Shown here piece after piece: positions 56,620-64,000 of a stretch of DNA of 64,000 bases. The DNA is taken from assembly GCA_951406725.2 (NCBI GenBank), contig OX597816.1:156984001-157048000 (forward strand), written 5' to 3'. The number at the start of each line of letters is the position of its first letter. The first letter of the stretch is position 1. Source of the stretch: Octopus vulgaris (lineage: Eukaryota). The notes under the pieces are model-generated. The model was given only the letters and a program-made list of their open reading frames with translations, ran no database searches and was not told the origin of the DNA. A program made the translations under genes and the position numbers.

Positions 56620-57720
56620 TCACGCCGTATACAAAAGAAGCCTTGGAACTGTCTGAATTTCAAAGAAACCGTATTGTGGGGCATTCTAATTGTAGAAAAT
56701 CTCGGCATCCTGCTTTCTATAGTTAATAGAGTGACTGTGCAATTCACCAGCGAGAGGAAAGAATCTACATTACCTCACCCATATCAATGAGGGCTCTCTG
56801 ACAGGAGAAGTGTGGAGGATATTCCTCGTTGTAAAGCCTTTAACATAGCAGAACAAGCTGATGTCAGTCCCAGGACAGCTGTCAGGTATCTCCACCAACT
56901 TTGTTACTATGGCAGAACAACAAGAAGGAAGCCAAGAACAAGCTGATGTCAGTCCCAGGACAGCTGTCAGGTATCTCCACCAACTTTGTTACTATGGCAG
57001 AACAACAAGAAGGAAGCCACTTCAACCAGCCAACATCAAGCGGAGAAAAGCTTGGGCCAGTGAGATTATAGAGAGGCCACTAACATTTTGGGACACTCAT
57101 TCTCTGATTGATTAGTCCAGATTTCCTGAATTTCCTGACAGTAGTCGAGTGTGGGTCTGGAGACTCTGTGATCAAGAATTTGATGTGAAAAGATTGCAGG
57201 CAACAATGACACAGAGCAGCTATTCAGTGATGGTCTGAGGAGCAATGGTTAATCTGAGCTGGTGGAACGTGAGGGAAACTTAAACTTAGAAAAATGTGTC
57301 CATATTGCAGAAAGGACTTCTTCCAATCTCCTCTAGTGGTGAAATGATTAAAGAAGACTCTTTATATACGAAAGATGGAGTTCCATGTCACACGCCTAAC
57401 ATAACGCAAGTTTTGTTGGATGAGAATGTTATTAAAAAGCTTCCATGGCCAAGCCAGTCACCAGATATGAATGCTATTGAACACCTCTGGGGCATAATGG
57501 ACACGACACCTCATGAAAAGAACAAGAAGGCATCTTCAAAGCATGACCTTTCGAGATTACCACACGAAACTTGGCAAGAAATTCCGCAAGAGAATATTCA
57601 TCTGATCAGTAACATACCTAATACGGTCCATGCATTGAAAAATGCAAATGGCATGTCAGCTAAATATCAAATATTTACACTGTAACAATTAATAAATAAT
57701 TTGAATGTGCATTTTCAGAT
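56620..57720 (+). mobile_element. Decayed Tc1 (DD34E) transposase
   Basis: KDGVPCHT...KKLPWPSQSPDMNAIEHLW; upstream RRKP.., SVMV(W)GA; TIRs not identified. Confidence 0.88.
56850..57019 (+). repeat. Perfect 85-bp tandem duplication
   Basis: 56850-56934 equals 56935-57019. Confidence 0.92.
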
Positions 57721-58179
57721 TTAGATAAATATATTTTTATGATTATAAGTTTCTCTACCTACTTCTCTATGTATGTATATATATATGTATGTATGTATGC
57801 ATGTATGTATGTATGTATGTATGTATGTATGTATGTATGTATGTATGTATGTATGTATGTATGTATGTATGTATGTATAGAGAGATAGATAGATAGATAT
57901 ATAGATAGATACATAACAATTACATACATACACACATATATTTATTTATTTATATATAATGCTGTTAGCTTAGGTTTTCCTTGGGGCTGACCAGATTGAA
58001 GCAATCTCAAGATTAATCAGCCGAAATTGCGAGGATAATCTGGTTCTTGACCTAGGATAGAAAGCTCCGAATGACCCTTTCTTTTTTTTTTCTGTATCGT
58101 CTATCTGGATGTTTTGTTGTCCCTTTTTGTATCACCTAGTTGTCCGGATGTTTTGCGTTCTTGTCCCATTTTGTATTTG

Positions 58180-58229
<50 letters not shown>

Positions 58230-58395
58230 ATACATATATATATGTGTGTGTGTGTGTAAGAGATATTGTTATCTAGAAGACTGGCAGATAGTGCTAAATA
58301 AATTCTCTGGACAGACTGTAGTAAAACTATTGGTTCGATATTGATATGAGTAAGGAGTATAATGTGGGTCCTGTAAAAGCATGCATATCTATATA

Positions 58396-58485
<90 letters not shown>

Positions 58486-58660
58486 ATTCGGGTGAACTAG
58501 TTACTTAAAACTTAAATTGAGGCACCTTGTTAGGTTGATCTAATTTGCACACCCCAAAAATATCAGTTAAATACAAACTCCGTGCAGAAGTGTTTGCCAT
58601 TACTATTCTTGCAATTTATGCAGATAACACGACCCGAATTAGTGCACTCATATATAGTTT

Positions 58661-58711
<51 letters not shown>

Positions 58712-58717
<6 letters not shown>

Positions 58718-59076
58718 TGTGGTTTAACGCAATCAACAATCAAAAAGGAGTCAGTACACAGTTTGGCTAGAGACGGCGCGTTGTCTATTTACGGGCAGGG
58801 GAGACAACCTCATTACCACAATTGAGTAGCATTAGATTGGCATGCCAATTTCGCATGTAATTTAATGCTCATCAGTAATGCTTAGAGATGTTGGAATGGG
58901 GTTAAATTCTACTCCGTCAATATATACAGATTTTAAATGTATATACAGATTTTAATTGGTAATGTGAAAATTATAAAAACAAATTGAGGTGGCTAGACGC
59001 AATTCAGAACCAAAGAGTAAATAATTCATTGTGACTAACCAGTGAAGAAGAGTGCAGGGAGCACCAGCATTGCTAC
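58712..59076 (-). mobile_element. (TA)n-bounded about 365-bp HHR-bearing island (solo pLTR or retrozyme-like)
   Basis: Unique sequence between two (TA)n tracts containing a canonical HHR. Confidence 0.6.
58828..58882 (-). ncRNA. Canonical type I hammerhead ribozyme
   Basis: agcatta-CTGATGA-gcat taaattac atgc-GAA-attggcatgccaat-C-taatgct: 7-bp stem I, G-C-closed stem II, palindromic stem III, AUC triplet. Confidence 0.9.
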
Positions 59077-59096
59077 ATATATATATATAGATATAC

Positions 59097-59141
<45 letters not shown>

Positions 59142-59202
59142 TGTGTGTATGTATGTATATGTATGCATGTATATGTAGTTACATATATATAAATATATAT
59201 TT

Positions 59203-59245
59203 TTCTAGTTTCAGCTCAGAGCTGCGGCCATGCTGATTCACCGCC
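59203..59245 (-). mobile_element. SINE family A-like 3' tail fragment
   Basis: Minus: ggcggtg..cagcatggccgcagc..ctgaaactagaa. Confidence 0.55.
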
Positions 59246-59246
59246 G

Positions 59247-59312
<66 letters not shown>

Positions 59313-59890
59313 TACATGTATGTATACGTAATGTAGATATATATACATACATATACTGTGTATGCGTGGGTGAGTGTGTGCGTGAGAGGGAAAGAGAAAA
59401 AGAAATAAAATACCGCAAAACTGATCGACCAAAACTAAGACAATCAGAATTTTTAGATTGACGCCAAGAGATATGCATATGAAGTACCTGGATGCCTGTT
59501 TCCCTCAAAACTATGTCACTATTAATAAATAAATGTTTGCAACATTTCACCCAGAGGCGATACAAACTAATACGTAAGCAATATCAGTTTGAGTGTGCGC
59601 AGTTCCCTTGATTTAATTCACAGATGCGCTCAAGAAAATTAACGTAGATAATGTAAAATTCAAAAATGAGTAGGCGATTGGTACCAGTTTTATATGTTGT
59701 TACGCTATAGTTGTGAGCTTGGCACTTGAAATCTTCAGTGGCTTCCAGGGTTCTTCTATCGTTCCATTTCTATTTGTCTTTCATTATTATTTTCATTTTA
59801 TCTGTCTTTCTTTCTGTCTTTCTTTACCGTTTCTCTCACATTCTCTCCCAGAAATAAAGCAATTATTTTGAATCGTCTTTCGTTACATAC

Positions 59891-59958
<68 letters not shown>

Positions 59959-60235
59959 ACGTGCGTGCGTGTGTATGTGTGTATGTACGTGTATTGGTAT
60001 GTATTTTTGAAGTCATACGAATGAATAAACTTTCCAGAGAACATGAAATAATAATTTTTTTGACATAAACTTGATTTCAAACATTATAAAAGTTATATAT
60101 ACAGCATGTAAAATTGGGTTTAAAAATTCAATCTTTTTCGGTTGCCATAGGATGGAAACCTACATCTGTTGTAGACATGACACGTCATCTATCATTGTAC
60201 CAATATTTACATGCTATTATTTTGAGCATATTCAA

Positions 60236-60640
60236 GCCGGTGAGCAGGATCGTTAGTACGCTGGGCGAAAGGCCTAGCGGTATTTCCTCTGCCGCTACAT
60301 CCTGAGTTCAAATTCCGCTGAGGTCGACTTTGCCTTTCATACTTTCGGGGTCGATAAATTAAGAACCAGTTACGCACTGGGGTCGATGTAATATACTTAA
60401 TCTGTTTGTCTGTCCTTGTTCGTCCTCTCCGTGTTTAGCATCTTGTGGGTAGTAAAGAAATAGGTATTTCCTCTGCCGCTACATCCTGAGTTCATATTCC
60501 GCCGAGGTCGGTTTTGCCTTTCATCCTTTCGGTGTCGATGAAATAAATACTAGTACCAGTTAAGTTCTGAGGTCAAGTCGATGTATTCGACTAGTCTCCA
60601 CACCCAGATTACAGGCCTTGTGCTTTCAGTAGCAAAAACT
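60236..60640 (+). mobile_element. SINE family B dimer (head-body-tail1-body-tail2)
   Basis: Junction aaagaaata|ggtatttc at 60462/60463. Confidence 0.87.
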
Positions 60641-60662
60641 ACTTATAGCATATATAAGGTTT

Positions 60663-60840
60663 TGAGCTGGCGGAATCAGTGCACGCCGGGCAATATGCTT
60701 AACGGCTTTTCGTAAGTTTTACATTCTCAGTTCAAATTCTGCTGAGGTCGACTTTGCCTTACATCATTTCGGAGTCGATAAAATAAGTACCAGTTGAGTA
60801 CTGGGATCGATGGAATCGACTATCCTCCTCTCCCGCATTT
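60663..60840 (+). mobile_element. SINE family B monomer
   Basis: gagctggcggaatc head, B box, central domain. Confidence 0.82.
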
Positions 60841-61447
60841 CAGACAATTGGACTACTACATTTCCATTGAGTAACATTTGAGTATATTCTAATGTGTTGT
60901 ATGATATTATCTAATATTTTCTAACAATTCCTGGTTCACTTTTTTCTGGTATTTATTAACCTACTAGGATTTTGCGTGAAGTTATATTTATAGTCATTCG
61001 GTGTTACAAAAGGATTTCGTGAAGTAAACTTTTCTCCTTTATCTCCTATTTTAAACGTTGTAGTTTTTAAATTTTTTTGCTTCAACCTTAATGAAATTAT
61101 TAGTGGTGGGGTTTGTTTTCTTGTATGTGTTAGTTATGTTGTCGGTTAGTAATTTGTCATGTGTGAGGTTATTTACTTCATGAATATTTTGGTTTTGTCT
61201 GCTTTACTAAACGTATTTATGTATTGCTACGCCTTATCTAGAACTAAGCCTAGGTGGCATCTATAAGGTTTATATTGAATTTCAGGGTCTATGTACGCTG
61301 TCAACGCATGACATTCAATAGTAGTTTATACCTCACTGTGAACTGAAAGATATGATATTTAGCCAACCCTGGTCCCCAACCTGTTGATGCGCCTAGATTC
61401 TAATGAATCCTGTGACTAATCAGTATATATGTACATGTATGCATATA

Positions 61448-61489
<42 letters not shown>

Positions 61490-61561
61490 TGTGTGAATGT
61501 GTGTGTGCGCGCGTGTTTGTGCATATGTTTGTGTGAGTGTGTGTTTGTGTGTGCGTATTGT

Positions 61562-61615
<54 letters not shown>

Positions 61616-62112
61616 AAATACAGTGTATTATATTACGTTATATAAATTTCTGGGAAGTAGTTTTTATTAAATTTGCAAATTCAGTTGAGATATAATCAAA
61701 AACATTAGTACATGCTTCCAAATACTGCAAGAGACAAAATATTCTTTATTTCATTCTTTCCGATTTCAATTTTTGTTTATTTCTATCTACAGAAGAGAAA
61801 GAATACATTTTTATTCCATTGTATCACATTTAATTTTGTATTTATTTCTATCATATTTATATTTTATGATCTATACATTGAACTATTTATCATATCATGC
61901 ATTGTATTTGAATATATTTCAAATTATATATCAAATTTATCAGTCCACTTCATAGTATATAATATCTGTATATATTTGGTGTGTTACTAAATTTAAGCAT
62001 CATGCAAGGAAAATGTTTTATGGTCTCTTTCCAAACCATCTCGTAAACTTCTGTAGAAGTTTTTCATTTTAATCATTTTCATAACCAGCTTCCAATCTTT
62101 TGTTTGCATAAC

Positions 62113-62220
62113 GGGGCGAACTGTCGGAATCGTTAGCACACCGGGCAAAATGTGTAGCGTTATTTCATCCGTCTTTTCGTTCTGCGCTCAACTGCCGCCG
62201 TGGTTGACTTTACCTTTATA
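62113..62220 (+). mobile_element. SINE family B 5' fragment
   Basis: ggcgaactgtcggaatcgttagcacaccgggc... head. Confidence 0.7.
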
Positions 62221-64000
62221 ATTTCACACAAATTATGCAAATCTTCTCAAATTTACACCTGTTTAGTTGACATCATGCCTTAACATAACCTATATTCGGC
62301 GTTGTGAGTAAAGCTTTCATCTTTCAATTGAACATCCATGTTCCATTTACAAACATCGTCTCTGCCTTTGAATTTGGAAATATTGTACCACCGTGGGAGG
62401 CAATGATCACCTATAATTTGGAACTCAAATTGAAGATATCAAGTCGCAAAATAATAAATGTGAGAAAAACATCAATACATGGCAGGTAATACAGTTAAAA
62501 TTTATTCCTCGTTTTTCACCGAATTATAGAATGTATGAGAAACGTTCTAAATGTGTCATCCTGCCTCATAAAAATCGTCATTGTACAGAATAAACATGTC
62601 ATCAGCTTTCAACAGATCCTAGCCAATCAATGTTACAAATCAGCACACACTGTAGTTGACGTTAGCTTCCAGGTATTTTCAAATGAATTAATAAATCAAC
62701 ACTTTAATTAACAAATCCCCCTACCAAATAAAGCGTGTGCCTCAGCACTATCATCAGCATCACCACCACTACCAATACCGCTACGACAAATATCCTTACT
62801 ATCACCACCTCCGCTACCACTATCATCATCAATATATTCATATTACCGACTGCAGCAGTAACGGGAGCAAGAGGAAATTCGCAATCATCGTCGTCGATGT
62901 TATCACATTTAGCCAACATTAATATTTTTCCACAAGCCATAAAACCAGTTTCTTTGTAGGTGACAATTATAGACTACAGAATTGACAACTATTATTTGCC
63001 AACTCCTAAGGGAAAAGACAAGGAGCTGCAAATCGAATGGTGAACTGTAGCTATTTTATTAACATCTCGTTTATGCCATCTCCAGCTCCTATATCCAGAT
63101 TAATAATACTAAAATATAAACCTGTATTTGGCGTCGTTTTTGACGCATTCCTTGAAGTAATTATTATATTTATCATTGGCACAACATTGTATCAATAGAA
63201 AATACATTAATTATTTACTTGTTCACTCTACCTACCAGTAAAGAGGTACTGCGAATGGAACAATCTATATTTATCATTTGTTTCTGTTCACTAGAAATCC
63301 GAGTTACTCTGCAACCTTGAAAGTGGTAACATGTATACAACTCACTGAATTATTCCTAGTAATCCTATAAATGTCTGTCAAATCTTGTTGGATAATATCT
63401 TTCTAACTATTAGGAGAGATAGCGGACTGGAGCCTAATTTTTGTCTGAACTCAATCTTAAAGTGTCACCTTTATAAAATATAAGGAAAATTTCCTCATAA
63501 ATCAAGTGTTCTATTTTAATTACGTTTTGCTCACGTTTAAAATACAAGAAGTATACAGGCTACACCAATATTTTACTTCACACTCAGGTGCTGATTAATT
63601 GTTACCGAAATAGATTCCAACCTGTTGCACCAAAACAGTCTTCTGATACGTCTGTTTGTTATAAAAATGCTAATCTAACCTATTGATAATGGTTCTATGC
63701 TATTGATATGCCGAAATAAATGTTTTCTCTTTCCAGACATTCTATAGCGTTAATCCAGCGTGGGCAGAACTGAAGTTTCTACAACGTGCAAAATCATATC
63801 AAAATTTGAAAAATTAATAAATACATTTATTTTTTCAAAATTGTATCATTCACTCATCTTTTGTTACATGTAGCAACCAGCGTCACTATAGACGCCGTCA
63901 TTGTCGTCCTCATCGCCACTGTCGTCGTTTGCATCGTCGTTGTCTTATACTGATACCTGTATTCTGTGTAATATTCCAAATATTAGTACAATGAAACATC

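Overview
AT-rich, microsatellite-dense eukaryotic intergenic or intronic DNA. The SINE families, (TAA)n-targeted R4/Dong-like LINEs and simple-repeat density fit an octopus-like (coleoid cephalopod) genome; this is an inference. Nearly all ORFs in the supplied track are translated microsatellites or decayed transposons. No intact host gene is visible; one candidate spliced CUB-like exon lies on the minus strand at 22637-22941. The window holds two tRNA-derived SINE families (A and B), Penelope-like elements (Neptune-type and Naiad-type), R4/Dong, CR1-group and RTE LINE fragments, three Tc1/mariner-superfamily remnants and a long-TIR MITE. The most notable signal is a set of type I hammerhead ribozyme (HHR) motifs from at least five unrelated sequence families, all in (TA)n-adjacent Penelope pseudo-LTR-like islands. 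They include one fully canonical HHR (58828-58882, minus), a palindromic double HHR (5788-5928), one inside an 82-bp inverted repeat (33919-33985), one at a Naiad 3' end (44512-44570), and a recurring core-variant motif (CUGUNGA instead of CUGANGA) in the Neptune-type pLTR. All structures were folded by eye, and family names come from motif recognition, not database searches.
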